Assembly (NCBI GenBank): GCA_037446635.1
Contig: JBBIIG010000004.1
Span: 44,186 to 108,185 of the forward strand
DNA from: a bacterium
GTDB lineage: Bacteria > Zhuqueibacterota > Zhuqueibacteria > Oceanimicrobiales > Oceanimicrobiaceae
Direction: 5' to 3'
DNA: 64,000 nt
Below are positions 10,122 to 19,973 of this stretch, piece by piece. The notes beneath the pieces were generated by a model. That model did no database searches, was not told the origin of the DNA, and worked only from the letters and a program-made list of their open reading frames with translations. Position 1 is the stretch's first letter. Every line of letters begins with the position of its first letter. The position numbers and the translations under genes were made by a program.

Positions 10122-10253
10122 GCGACTGTTGAAAAAGGTCTTTGTCACTCCCGAACGCTTTTGTCGGGAGTCCATAAGCCGTTGTTTTCGTGGATGCCCG
10201 CCAAAGGCATGCGGGCATGACAGCTACTGTTTTTGGACTTTTTCAACAGTCGC
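10122..10253. mobile_element. MITE-like element with 16-bp terminal inverted repeats enclosing a TGTCA...TGACA palindromic repeat
   Basis: GCGACTGTTGAAAAAG (10122-10137) and CTTTTTCAACAGTCGC (10238-10253). Inner element TGTCACTCCCG...GCGGGCATGACA at 10143-10222. Confidence 0.6.
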
Positions 10254-10266
10254 TTCGGGGAGGCCA

Positions 10267-10728
10267 TCAGTTTTCATATACAAAAAACTTCGATTGCAGC
10301 GTTTCCGCGAGGAGGATGAAAAACTGATCCGCATCTTTATAATCGGACTTCTTTATCGTTGAAAGCCATTCGTTATTGTGCATGAAATTGCTGGCGAGCT
10401 GCGCTTTGTAACGGATGCGCGGCGTGGGGCCGGTTATCGCCAAACGGTCCAATTCCGCTGCTATTTCTTCGCAATCCTGCTGGGGATAAAACAGCCTGAA
10501 TTTCACCACATAAAAAACCGTTGATTCGAGAACGCCAAGATTGTTGGATTTCAGGCTGTGCAGATAATTCTTTTTAACGGCGTCGAGCATGGATTCGGAG
10601 ACGCCGTTTGGGTAGCTCAGTTTCGCCGCATCCAGCGTCGGCTTTCCCGACACCTGCAGTTGCGCGCTGCAATTCGCGAAAAACATTCCCCCAACAATCA
10701 GAACGAGAATAAACAAATGCTTTGCCAT
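10267..10728 (-). CDS. Hypothetical exported protein (possible lipoprotein)
   Basis: GGAGG RBS; hydrophobic N-terminus ending FANC. Confidence 0.75.
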   Translation of the reverse strand: MAKHLFILVLIVGGMFFANCSAQLQVSGKPTLDAAKLSYPNGVSESMLDAVKKNYLHSLKSNNLGVLESTVFYVVKFRLFYPQQDCEEIAAELDRLAITGPTPRIRYKAQLASNFMHNNEWLSTIKKSDYKDADQFFILLAETLQSKFFVYEN

Positions 10729-10792
10729 GACTAAGCCTCCAGTTTATTGGTTCAAAATTCTGACTCAATATACTGGCTTAAAATATCACAGA

Positions 10793-10829
10793 TGTCATGG
10801 CTGTGTTTGAGATTGTAAAAAATTGTCAA
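10793..10829. promoter_or_regulatory. Putative OmpR/PhoB-family operator (four direct repeats)
   Basis: TGTCA (10793), TGTTT (10804), TGTAA (10814), TGTCA (10824), spaced 10-11 bp. Confidence 0.55.
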
Positions 10830-10835
10830 AGAAAA

Positions 10836-11516
10836 TTATAGCACCAGCTTGTAGCCGACGCCGTGAACGGTTAGAAGGTGGCGTGGGTGCGCCGGGTTGG
10901 CCTCGATTTTCTGGCGCAATCGCACAATAAAATTGTCCACTGTGCGGGTGGTGGGAAACTCATCGTAGCCCCACACTTCGGTCAAAAGCTGGTCGCGGCT
11001 GACGGTCTGATTTTGATTCCGCCAGAGAAATTTGAGCACCTCAAATTCCCGGTGAGACAACGAAACCGATTGACGATCGCGGAAGGCTTCGAAGGTTTTG
11101 AAATTCACCTCCAATTGGCCAATCGTCAATTTCGTTTCAGAAACTGGCGCATCGGATTTTCTGCGCAAAATCGCTTTAATTCGCGCCAGCAGCTCCCGCA
11201 GACCGAACGGCTTGGTAACATAATCGTCGGCGCCCAATTCCAGTCCCAGAACCTTGTCAATCTCCTCGCCTTTGGCAGTGAGCATCAAAATCGGAGTTTT
11301 TACTCCCTTTTCACGAGCGGCTTTACAAACATCGAATCCGAACATTCCTGGCAGCATGACGTCGAGAATAATCAAATCATACGTTTGCTCCAACATTTTT
11401 TGGAGTCCGCTCTGGCCGTCCTCGGCAAAGTCCACATCGTAGCCTTCGAACTCCAGGTTATCCTTCAGGCCCAGCCGCATCTGAGGTTCGTCTTCAACAA
11501 TCAGAATTCGAGGCAT
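10836..11516 (-). CDS. OmpR/PhoB-family response regulator
   Basis: Receiver domain (VEDE, LDVMLP, GADDYVTKPF) plus winged helix (RTVDNFIVRLRQKIE, TVHGVGY). Confidence 0.95.
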   Translation of the reverse strand: MPRILIVEDEPQMRLGLKDNLEFEGYDVDFAEDGQSGLQKMLEQTYDLIILDVMLPGMFGFDVCKAAREKGVKTPILMLTAKGEEIDKVLGLELGADDYVTKPFGLRELLARIKAILRRKSDAPVSETKLTIGQLEVNFKTFEAFRDRQSVSLSHREFEVLKFLWRNQNQTVSRDQLLTEVWGYDEFPTTRTVDNFIVRLRQKIEANPAHPRHLLTVHGVGYKLVL

Positions 11517-11519
11517 CGT

Positions 11520-13100
11520 TCATTTATCCTCATTTTGTGTTTGCGCAGCATTTCGGAAAACCAGCCGAAAACAACTGCCTTCGCCCGGGCGGCTCTTGAC
11601 GATCACATCGCCGCCATGCGCCTCCATAATATGCCTCACCAGCGTCAGACCCAAACCGCTGCCTTTGGTGTTGTGAACCAACCCCGTCGAGACGCGATAG
11701 AATTTATCAAAAATTTTATCGTGCTGCTCCGGCGCAATCCCGATTCCATGATCTTCCACCTCAAGGAAGAGGTCGCCTTGATCAACGCCCGTTTTGATGG
11801 CGATAAACTTCCGGCTGTTGGAATACTTAACGGCATTATCCAGCAGGTTGAGGAGAGCTTCGGAAATCGACTCGGCGTCAACAGCGGTCTCAGGAAGATC
11901 TTCAGATAGTCGCAGCGAAACATCAAAACCCTGTTCCTGCAAATGAACGCGATAATTTTTCAACACTTTCTCAACCACGGTATTTAAATTGGCCATCTCC
12001 AATTGGTACTGTTTTTTGCCCGCTTCCATTCGTGAAAAATTCAAAAGATTGTTGACCAGGTGAGTCAAGCGCTCAGTCTCCTGGCGGATGATGTGGTAAT
12101 ATTCTTTCTTTTTGCGTTCGGAACGTGCTCTGCCCATTTCCAACGTTTCGGCAAACATGCGAATCAAGGAAAGGGGCGTTTTGAGTTCATGGGAAACGTT
12201 GGAGACGAAATCCGACTTCAATCGCGATAATTCCATCTCTCGTTTTATATTGCGATACACCACCCAGGCGCTCAAAATTAACACGAAATCTAAAATAATG
12301 ATCAGCAGCAAACTGCGGTAAAATCGGCTGCGGGCAAGCTCCTCGAACGTTTCACCCTGCGGGCGGATGCCCAAAAAATGGTTGGGAAAAAGCCAGAGGT
12401 TTTTTTGTTGCTTGCTCTCTTGCACTTGAATCGGCGCCGTTGAAAATATCGGCTGCGAACGGTTCTCTTGAAAAACCGCCAGAATAAACTCCTGGCCCGC
12501 CGCCTCCTGCAGCTTCGGCGACAGCACCTGCTGCACGAATGAGTCGCTATTCAAAACCAGGCCCGCAATATCAGCACGGCTTAGATCAGAAACAAAAATC
12601 AATGCCAGGTTCTCGCTGTCTTGTTCGTCGAAAGCGGGCAACATAATTGACTCGATCTTGCGATAACCAGAGCGTTTCATTCTTTCCAATCGCGCTGTAG
12701 TTTCTTGCTGGGTCTCGAAAGCTTCCGTGAGAATCTGGCGCAGAGCGGCGTCCTCTCCACCAACTTGCACCAAAACAAAACTCTGAGTTTGAGTATTCAA
12801 AAGAAACGCCGCTAAGAGGTTTCGGTTTTCCGACAAGAATTTTTGCAACATGAATTGAATTGTCCGATCGGAGTGATCGCGCGCTTCAATGAACGCCAGG
12901 TTGAGTTTGCTGACCCAGTTGTTCACACGGTCCCAGGCGTACTGGTTGACGGAAAAAAGAATCGCATCCAATTGCCGGCGATAAATTTCGCTGAGCAATT
13001 TTTCGTTTGCGGATAGAGAGTTGAGCTCGTAACCGGTAAAGAATAGTGCAGGCAGAAGAATGATCAAAAGCAGGATCAGCGTAATTTTTTTTAATGGCAT
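11520..13100 (-). CDS. Membrane sensor histidine kinase
   Basis: Two TM segments, SHELKTPL H-box, NLLDNAVKY, DHGIGI, GSGLGL. Confidence 0.95.
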   Translation of the reverse strand: MPLKKITLILLLIILLPALFFTGYELNSLSANEKLLSEIYRRQLDAILFSVNQYAWDRVNNWVSKLNLAFIEARDHSDRTIQFMLQKFLSENRNLLAAFLLNTQTQSFVLVQVGGEDAALRQILTEAFETQQETTARLERMKRSGYRKIESIMLPAFDEQDSENLALIFVSDLSRADIAGLVLNSDSFVQQVLSPKLQEAAGQEFILAVFQENRSQPIFSTAPIQVQESKQQKNLWLFPNHFLGIRPQGETFEELARSRFYRSLLLIIILDFVLILSAWVVYRNIKREMELSRLKSDFVSNVSHELKTPLSLIRMFAETLEMGRARSERKKKEYYHIIRQETERLTHLVNNLLNFSRMEAGKKQYQLEMANLNTVVEKVLKNYRVHLQEQGFDVSLRLSEDLPETAVDAESISEALLNLLDNAVKYSNSRKFIAIKTGVDQGDLFLEVEDHGIGIAPEQHDKIFDKFYRVSTGLVHNTKGSGLGLTLVRHIMEAHGGDVIVKSRPGEGSCFRLVFRNAAQTQNEDK

Positions 13101-13102
13101 GG

Positions 13103-14113
13103 TTACCTTAATTTCAAGACGGCCCAAACCGGCACGTGATCCGAAGCCAAATCCCGGCGCTCGGTGTACTGCAGCTTGCCATCAACAAATTCTACCCGCG
13201 AGGGTTTGCCTGTGATCGCAACCGAGCGATTAAAAATTCCCACCGCCACCACTTTGGATTTTAAATTCTTCGAAAGTAAAATCTGATCGAAGAGGATGGT
13301 TTTGATTTTGACGTCGTTCATAAAATCGTGCGGCTTGTCGCGCCACTTGTTGTTTTCGGCGCGGGAACCGGCAACCACTAAGTCGAAGGTGTCGGGGAGC
13401 GCGGTGGAGTCGAAGAGATAATTATAGCCGTAGGAACAATAATCTTTTTCTAACAGCCTTTCGGTTGCGTTAAACAAAAACGTGTCCTCGCGAACGTCGA
13501 TTCCGCCCGCTGCGCTGGCGCTGCCGTATTCGAGAATGTTGAGCGAACGATCGTCCGGGTTATCGTTAAAATCGCCCAGTAAAATAACGTTGCGTTTTTT
13601 CAATTTTGACTTGATGTAATCTACCATCAATTTTGAGGCCGCCTCCCGCCGGCTGGCGGTTTCGTTGCGGCCGCCGCGTCGGGACTTGGCGTGGTGAACG
13701 AGAAACACAAAATTTTTGCCGTATCCGTCAACTCGCACTTCCAGCAAATCGCGCTTGCGCGGAAACGCGTGATCATAAATCGTATCCGGAAAAACCGAGC
13801 GAAAGGAGCGAATTTTTAGCGGCGGGCGCACAGCCAGCGCCAATTCCTGCACCTCTTCGGGATCGTCCGCCATGGCGATGTCATACTCCGCGGGCAGGAT
13901 ATTCCTTAAGCCGGCGCGGGTGTTGATTTCCTGAAAGCCAATCACGTCCGCATCCAATCCGGCGAGGACTTGCTGCAAACGCTGTTTGCGCGTCGGCGTG
14001 ATGCCTTCATCGAGAAAATAAATATTGTACGTCGCCACTTTGATTTCCTGCGCCGCTGCGCCGGCGATCGATAGAAACACCAACAAAAAAAGCCCAGAGA
14101 ATTTCTTCATCAT
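13103..14113 (-). CDS. Secreted endonuclease/exonuclease/phosphatase family protein
   Basis: ATYNI, FQEI, LGDFND, SDHVPV motifs; signal peptide. Confidence 0.9.
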   Translation of the reverse strand: MMKKFSGLFLLVFLSIAGAAAQEIKVATYNIYFLDEGITPTRKQRLQQVLAGLDADVIGFQEINTRAGLRNILPAEYDIAMADDPEEVQELALAVRPPLKIRSFRSVFPDTIYDHAFPRKRDLLEVRVDGYGKNFVFLVHHAKSRRGGRNETASRREAASKLMVDYIKSKLKKRNVILLGDFNDNPDDRSLNILEYGSASAAGGIDVREDTFLFNATERLLEKDYCSYGYNYLFDSTALPDTFDLVVAGSRAENNKWRDKPHDFMNDVKIKTILFDQILLSKNLKSKVVAVGIFNRSVAITGKPSRVEFVDGKLQYTERRDLASDHVPVWAVLKLR

Positions 14114-14122
14114 GCCATCCTT

Positions 14123-14848
14123 TCACATTTGTTGTGCAAATTTGCGCAATTCTTTGTTCGCAGCTTTGGCGTTCGGATAAACCGATTCCAACAGTTTCCA
14201 GAAATCCGCACTGTGATTTGGGACGCGGGTGTGCGCCAATTCATGCAGCAAAACATAATCGACCAAATGATCGGGCAAGCGCATGAGGTGTAAACTCAGG
14301 TTGATGTTGTTGCGGGACGAGCAGCTTCCCCAGCGCGATTTGTGATTTTTGATGAATACCCGGTTAAAAGAGAAGCCGTGCAGCTGCGCCAGCCATCGTA
14401 ATCGTTCGGGCAAATAGCCCTGCGCTTCAATGCGATAGGCCGCGATCAAACCGCGCTGAATGGCCGACTGCACGCGCGGATGGCGCAGCGGCAGCTTGCG
14501 CGGGTAGCGCACGCGAACGACTCCTTTCGCCAGTTGGACGTGAATCGCCCCCACCTCTGCGGCGCGAGCATCCAGCTTGTGGCGGCGAGTGCGCAGCTCG
14601 CCGCGGCCGTCGTAAACCACCGCCTGCTTCTCGGCTTCGCGAATTTTTTGCAGGTGTTTGGCGATCCATTTTTTGTGACGCTGGACAAAGTCCTGCGCGG
14701 CGGAAAGGCTCACCCCCACCGGCACCGAAACGCACACGCCTGCAAACGGCTTGATGCGAATGCGCAAATGCCGGGCGCGCCGGCTGCGTTTGAACGTCAC
14801 CATCCCAACTTCCGGAATTTGCAATGCAACGGCTTTCGTTGTTTTCAT
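14123..14848 (-). CDS. YgjP/DUF45-like zinc metalloprotease-family protein
   Basis: SRWGSCS, YVLLHELAH, NHSADFW. Start overlaps the upstream stop (ATGA). Confidence 0.88.
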   Translation of the reverse strand: MKTTKAVALQIPEVGMVTFKRSRRARHLRIRIKPFAGVCVSVPVGVSLSAAQDFVQRHKKWIAKHLQKIREAEKQAVVYDGRGELRTRRHKLDARAAEVGAIHVQLAKGVVRVRYPRKLPLRHPRVQSAIQRGLIAAYRIEAQGYLPERLRWLAQLHGFSFNRVFIKNHKSRWGSCSSRNNINLSLHLMRLPDHLVDYVLLHELAHTRVPNHSADFWKLLESVYPNAKAANKELRKFAQQM

Positions 14849-15270
14849 TTTCGATCCTGGCGGCGATAGACGAATTTCAATCCCGACCACACTTCGTCCA
14901 CCGCGCAAACTTTGACATCGACAAGATGATTTTTCAAACCGATTTCGCGAACGCGGTTTTCATTGAGATCGGTTTTAACTTTGGATGAGCCTTTCGGCCA
15001 GGAAATCCACAGCGCGCCGTCCTGCGCCAGCGATTTTTTCAAATCAGGAAAATGCTTTTGCAGCTCGGCGCGCTGCGTCGTAAAAAATTGAATAAAATCC
15101 AGTGCCTCAGCCCCCGCAGGCTTGAGGCCTCCGGGGGTTGCGATTCGGACGTTTTGTGGGAGCGGCCCTAAAATTACAAAATAATTTTCGGGCGCGTTCA
15201 AAAAAAGGACGGCGCTGCCGGCTTTGATTCCGAGTTTCTCCACCAACGATCGTTTTGAATAACCGGCCAC
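14845..15270 (-). CDS. DUF3052-like protein
   Basis: KLGIK, LWISWPK, LVDVKVCAVDEVWSGLKFV motifs. Confidence 0.8.
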   Translation of the reverse strand: MAGYSKRSLVEKLGIKAGSAVLFLNAPENYFVILGPLPQNVRIATPGGLKPAGAEALDFIQFFTTQRAELQKHFPDLKKSLAQDGALWISWPKGSSKVKTDLNENRVREIGLKNHLVDVKVCAVDEVWSGLKFVYRRQDRK

Positions 15271-15271
15271 T

Positions 15272-16483
15272 TCAGTTCAAACCTTTGGAGGTAAAATGGC
15301 GGAGGTGATCGCTCGGGATCAAGTGGTTGTCAACAATATAACCGGCGAACAACTTTGCCATCAAGCGCGCGCCCTGCTCGTTGACGTGGCGGCCATCGTG
15401 GTAGTATTTTTTGTCGACGGGAAAAAGACTGGCGAAGTCAAACAAGTGGGCGCCCTTTTGTTTGGCAACCGTTTTAAGCACGTCATTCATTTCTTGATAG
15501 GCCGCGATGTACTCCTCCGAAGCCACCCGCGGCTCGTTTTCAAAAAGCGGAGAAAAGGCGAAAGTCGCCAGCACGGCGGTGATGTTGCGGGCCTGCGCCG
15601 AGAGCACGATGTTTTCGACGTTGCGCTGAAAATAAATCGGACGGTTGATTTCCAACATGCGCCTGGCGCTTACGTCTTCGAAGGCGCCGCTGGGGTAGCT
15701 GTGGTTCATTTTCTGTCTTTGAAAATTATCGCCGTAGTAGGTTTTGGCGTGGCGGTCGATGGTTTTGGTGATATCGGCGTGCGGCTGGGTGACGCCGGCG
15801 CGCACCAGAAAGAAGCGAATGATGGCGCTGTATTCAAAAATGCTGGGCATGAAAACATTGGTCACCGCAGGCATAGTGGCGCCGGAGTTGTCGCCGCGGT
15901 AGGCCTCCGGCGGCCACACCAGGCGGGTGTGGATATCGTTAATGGCTTCGTAAAAAATAATCAAGTCCGGTTCTAAATCCAACACACGGAATTGAAAATT
16001 AATCAAACATTCAAAGCTGGTCCAGCCCGGCACGCCGGCGTTGATGACGTTGACGTTCGCGTACCCCCGCTGCAAAATCTCCTGCTCCAGCAACTCCGGG
16101 TAGGAAAGATTGTAGTCCTCCACGCCAGAGGTGTAGGTGGTGGAACCACCCAGGCAAACGATACGGAATTCGTTCGCCGGTTTCGGCAGCGCGATCTCCT
16201 CGCCGCGATATCCCAACGAATTGTGCTTGTTTTTGCCGCTTTGATAATTCGGGGTGAGATAGTAACCGAGATAGCGGTGAAACGATTTTTTGAAATAAGC
16301 CTGGCCTTTTTTCTTAAGCCGATCTTCTAATTGCTGCAGGGAGGCGTAGCGGAAAAAAATATCCTCGTCGGCGAAATTCACCAGATAGATGCGGGCGGCG
16401 ATTTCCAATACGACAAAACAAACCACCAACGTGGCCAGCGACAGCGCCAGGTTGGGAAGCAATGATTTCTTTGATTCATTCAT
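15272..16483 (-). CDS. SGNH/GDSL hydrolase family protein, membrane anchored
   Basis: CLGGSTT, INAGVPG and DGRHVN blocks; N-terminal TM. Confidence 0.85.
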   Translation of the reverse strand: MNESKKSLLPNLALSLATLVVCFVVLEIAARIYLVNFADEDIFFRYASLQQLEDRLKKKGQAYFKKSFHRYLGYYLTPNYQSGKNKHNSLGYRGEEIALPKPANEFRIVCLGGSTTYTSGVEDYNLSYPELLEQEILQRGYANVNVINAGVPGWTSFECLINFQFRVLDLEPDLIIFYEAINDIHTRLVWPPEAYRGDNSGATMPAVTNVFMPSIFEYSAIIRFFLVRAGVTQPHADITKTIDRHAKTYYGDNFQRQKMNHSYPSGAFEDVSARRMLEINRPIYFQRNVENIVLSAQARNITAVLATFAFSPLFENEPRVASEEYIAAYQEMNDVLKTVAKQKGAHLFDFASLFPVDKKYYHDGRHVNEQGARLMAKLFAGYIVDNHLIPSDHLRHFTSKGLN

Positions 16484-16488
16484 AGCGA

Positions 16489-18429
16489 CTATTTTTCAGA
16501 AAGCGCGGCGTTGGTGGGCAGGGTGATGCGAAACTCCGTGCCCTTCCCCACCTCGCTTTCAAATTCGATCTGGCCGCGGTGGCGTTGAATGATGTTGTAA
16601 GCGTTGTGCAGCCCCATCCCTAATCCCACCCGCGAGCTCTTGGTAGTAAAATTAAGCTGAAAGAGCGACGCCCGGATTTCCGGCGGAATGCCGCGGCCAG
16701 TGTCGCGGATGCGAATGAAAATGTTGCCGTTTTCCGCGCCGGTTTGAATGGTGATGCGGCCCTCCTTTTCGATGGCCTGGGCGGCATTGCGCAGCAGGGT
16801 CATAAAAACCTGATTGAGCTGATTGGGGTAACAATAAATCGGCGAGACCTTTCCAAATTCTTTGTGGATGGTAACGCCCTTTTTGAATTCATGCTGAATG
16901 AGCGTCAAGGTGCTTTCGAGGCCCTGGTGAATGTCGGCCATTTTGAAATCGGCCTCGTCGAGGCGCGCAAAATTTTTCAGGCTCTCAACGATGCCGGCGA
17001 TGCGGTCCGAAGCCGCTAGCAAAGTTTTGGAGTTGAGTTCGAGAACTTCGACGGCCTTTTGAAAACGCGCGTTTTCGGCCAGCGTCTTCGCGGACTCGCT
17101 GCCTTCCACCAACTGCTGGATTTTGGAAATGCTGCGCAGCAAAATATCTGCAGAGCTTTTGATGGCGCCGATGGGATTGTTGATCTCGTGGGCAATCCCG
17201 GCCGTGAGCTGGCCCAGCAGCGCCATCCGCTCCGACTGCACCAAATGGGATTGCGTTTCGCGCAGCTCGCGGTTGACTTTTTCTAAATCGTCCAGCGCCT
17301 TTTTAAGCTCGATATTTTTCAAGCGATGAATTTCGGCTTCTTTCTCGGTCTTCTCCACCTCGAAATGAATTTGCAAATTTTTCAGCCGCGTCTTCGCTTC
17401 ATCGCTGAAGACTTCTTCTTTGATTTGTTGATAGCATTTCAAATGTTTGAGCGCGCTGTGAAGATCGCCCTGCAGCTCATAGGCATCGGCCAGGGCGTGG
17501 TGGATTTGGTAGAGCTTGGGCCGCACATCGATTTCTTCCGCGCACTTTAACGCCTTGGACAACACCTCCAGCGCTTTCGCCGGCTCACGTTTTTGGTTGT
17601 ACGTGCGCCCGATATTTAATAAGCTGGTGATCTCGGCGTTGCGGTTGGCCAGCTTTTCTCGAATCCGCAGACTGCTTTGATGATAGGAAAGCGCTTCGTC
17701 TAATTGATTGAGCGCCTGATACACCACACCCATGTCATTCAACGCCCGCGCCTCGCCCAACGAATTGGAAATGTCGCGGAAAATCTTGAGGCTCTCATCA
17801 TGGTGCAGCAGCGCTTTCTCGTAGTCTCCCAAACCCTCATAAACATTACCAATACCAGAGAGCGCACGGGCAACGCCGAGGGGGATGTCATAATTTTTGA
17901 ACATCTCTAAGCTTTTTTGGTGATACGACAGCGACTTCTCTAAATCGCCGAGATCGCGATAAACCCCACCAAGAGTTGTAAGAACCCAGGGCAGGCGATA
18001 TTCGTAATCGCTGCCCTGCAGCTCGCGCTCGGCTTTGTGGAGATAATCCAACGCCAGGTCGAAATTTCCCAGGTTCCAATAAGTGATGCCAATGATGGTG
18101 AGCGCGCTGGAAAGCTCGATCCTATCGCCAATCAATTCAAAGTGGTTCAAGGCGGCGTAAGCGTAGCGTAAAGCCGAGTTATAATCGCTCAGATTGCAAT
18201 AAACCAGCCCCAAGTTGCGGCTGCTGCTCGCTAAGCCGTGCTCATAAGATAACTTCTCGGATAAGGCATAGGCCTCCTGGCTCATTTCCAAAGTGGGCAT
18301 CGATTCCAGAAACGTAGTCTCCCACGCCAACTCAGTCATCACATCGACTCGTTCGGTAGTTTGGGCGTCGCCGAGCTCGGCCAGCCGTTTTTTGAGAGCT
18401 TGAATTCTTTTTTTGACTTCTTTGGTCAT
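16489..18429 (-). CDS. Cytoplasmic TPR-repeat histidine kinase
   Basis: About seven TPR repeats, coiled coil, AHEINNP H-box, DTGRGI, GLGMGL; no TM. Confidence 0.9.
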   Translation of the reverse strand: MTKEVKKRIQALKKRLAELGDAQTTERVDVMTELAWETTFLESMPTLEMSQEAYALSEKLSYEHGLASSSRNLGLVYCNLSDYNSALRYAYAALNHFELIGDRIELSSALTIIGITYWNLGNFDLALDYLHKAERELQGSDYEYRLPWVLTTLGGVYRDLGDLEKSLSYHQKSLEMFKNYDIPLGVARALSGIGNVYEGLGDYEKALLHHDESLKIFRDISNSLGEARALNDMGVVYQALNQLDEALSYHQSSLRIREKLANRNAEITSLLNIGRTYNQKREPAKALEVLSKALKCAEEIDVRPKLYQIHHALADAYELQGDLHSALKHLKCYQQIKEEVFSDEAKTRLKNLQIHFEVEKTEKEAEIHRLKNIELKKALDDLEKVNRELRETQSHLVQSERMALLGQLTAGIAHEINNPIGAIKSSADILLRSISKIQQLVEGSESAKTLAENARFQKAVEVLELNSKTLLAASDRIAGIVESLKNFARLDEADFKMADIHQGLESTLTLIQHEFKKGVTIHKEFGKVSPIYCYPNQLNQVFMTLLRNAAQAIEKEGRITIQTGAENGNIFIRIRDTGRGIPPEIRASLFQLNFTTKSSRVGLGMGLHNAYNIIQRHRGQIEFESEVGKGTEFRITLPTNAALSEK

Positions 18430-18434
18430 AATAA

Positions 18435-19862
18435 TTATTTAAACCGTAAAACCAACAAACGAATCTCCGTCATTTCTGCCATGGCGAAACGGATGCCCTC
18501 ACGCCCGAGGCCGCTGTCTTTGACGCCGCCGTAGGGCATGTGATCGACGCGCCAGGAGGGCACGTCGCCGATGATGACGCCCCCCACTTCCAATTTGTCC
18601 CAGGCTCTGTGGGCTTTGTAAATGTCGCGGGTGAACACGCCGGCCTGCAAGCCAAAGGCGCGGTCGTTCACTTCATCCAGCGCCTGATCAAAATCGTTAA
18701 ATTTTGAAAGAAGCGCCACCGGGCCGAACGCCTCCTGCGCACACACCTTTTGATTCTTGGGAACATTTTCCAGCAGCGTCGCCTCTAACATTGCGCCGTC
18801 GCGGCGGCCGCCACACAGCAGCTTGCCGCCGGCCGCCAGCGCCTCTTCGATCCACTGCTGGAGGCGCGCGGCTTCGGCTTCCGAGATCATCGGGCCGATG
18901 AACACGCTTTCGTCTTTGGGGTCGCCCATTTTTAATTTGCGAGTCGCGGCGACCAGCTTGTCTTTGAATTCATCATAAATTTTTTCATGCGCGAAAATGC
19001 GCTGCACGCTGATGCAGCTTTGTCCGGATTGATAGAACGCGCCAAACACGATGCGCTGCACGGCGTCCTCCAGGTCGGCGTCCTCATCCACAATGCAGCC
19101 GGCGTTGCCGCCCAATTCCAAAACTACTTTCTTTTTTCCGGCTTTCGCCTTCAGCTCCCAGCCCACGGCCGGCGAGCCGGTGAAGCTCAGCAGCTTCAAA
19201 CGCTCATCGGTGGTGAACAATTCGGCGCCGTCGCGGCGGCAGGGCAGGATCGAAAACGCGCCCTCCGGCAGATCGGTTTCCGCCAGCACCTCGCCGATGA
19301 TCAGCGCGCCGATTGGAGTGAGACTGGCCGGCTTGAGTACAAACGGGCAGCCCACCGCCAGCGCCGGCGCCACTTTGTGCGCCGCTAAATTCAATGGAAA
19401 ATTAAATGGCGAGATGAACGAGCACGGGCCGATGGGGACGCGCTTCCACATCCCAAAGTAGCCCTGGGCGCGGGCGGAAATATCCAGCGGCAAAACTTCG
19501 CCAGTGAGGCGCACCGATTCCTCGGCGGCGATGCGAAAGGTGTCGATGAGGCGGGTTACTTCGCCGCGGCTGTCTTTGATGGGCTTGCCGGCTTCGATGC
19601 ACAGCGTCATCGCCAGCTCGTCGAAGCGTTCGCGGAAACGCTCCACGCAGTGATTCAAAATTTCCTGGCGGCGGAAGGCCGGCATGTGCCGCAGCGCCTC
19701 CTGCGCCGCCACCGCTTTGGCGATCGCGTGATCGATGGCCTTGGCGTCGGCCATGGCCACGCGGGCGACAATTTCGCCGGTGTATTTATCCGCGACCTCG
19801 AGATCGGCATTGGGCATCACCGGGCGGTTAGCTAAAAAATAGGGGTAACGATCTTTCAACAT
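18435..19862 (-). CDS. Aldehyde dehydrogenase family protein
   Basis: PFNFP, FTGS, LELGG, GQSCIS, EAFGP, PYGGVKDSG. Confidence 0.95.
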   Translation of the reverse strand: MLKDRYPYFLANRPVMPNADLEVADKYTGEIVARVAMADAKAIDHAIAKAVAAQEALRHMPAFRRQEILNHCVERFRERFDELAMTLCIEAGKPIKDSRGEVTRLIDTFRIAAEESVRLTGEVLPLDISARAQGYFGMWKRVPIGPCSFISPFNFPLNLAAHKVAPALAVGCPFVLKPASLTPIGALIIGEVLAETDLPEGAFSILPCRRDGAELFTTDERLKLLSFTGSPAVGWELKAKAGKKKVVLELGGNAGCIVDEDADLEDAVQRIVFGAFYQSGQSCISVQRIFAHEKIYDEFKDKLVAATRKLKMGDPKDESVFIGPMISEAEAARLQQWIEEALAAGGKLLCGGRRDGAMLEATLLENVPKNQKVCAQEAFGPVALLSKFNDFDQALDEVNDRAFGLQAGVFTRDIYKAHRAWDKLEVGGVIIGDVPSWRVDHMPYGGVKDSGLGREGIRFAMAEMTEIRLLVLRFK

Positions 19863-19973
19863 GGCTGTTCAAAATTGAATTGTCAAAATATAATCATTTT
19901 TAGAAAAATTAGAAAGATTTATCTAACCTGACGCGGACGAGCCGCCCGCCGGCGCAGGCAACCAAACAAGTGA

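Noticed and set aside
7571..10218. Extended N-termini of the amidase and jelly-roll ORFs in the ORF track
   Set aside because: The extensions run through palindromic repeat elements; downstream ATGs with RBS or signal peptides fit better
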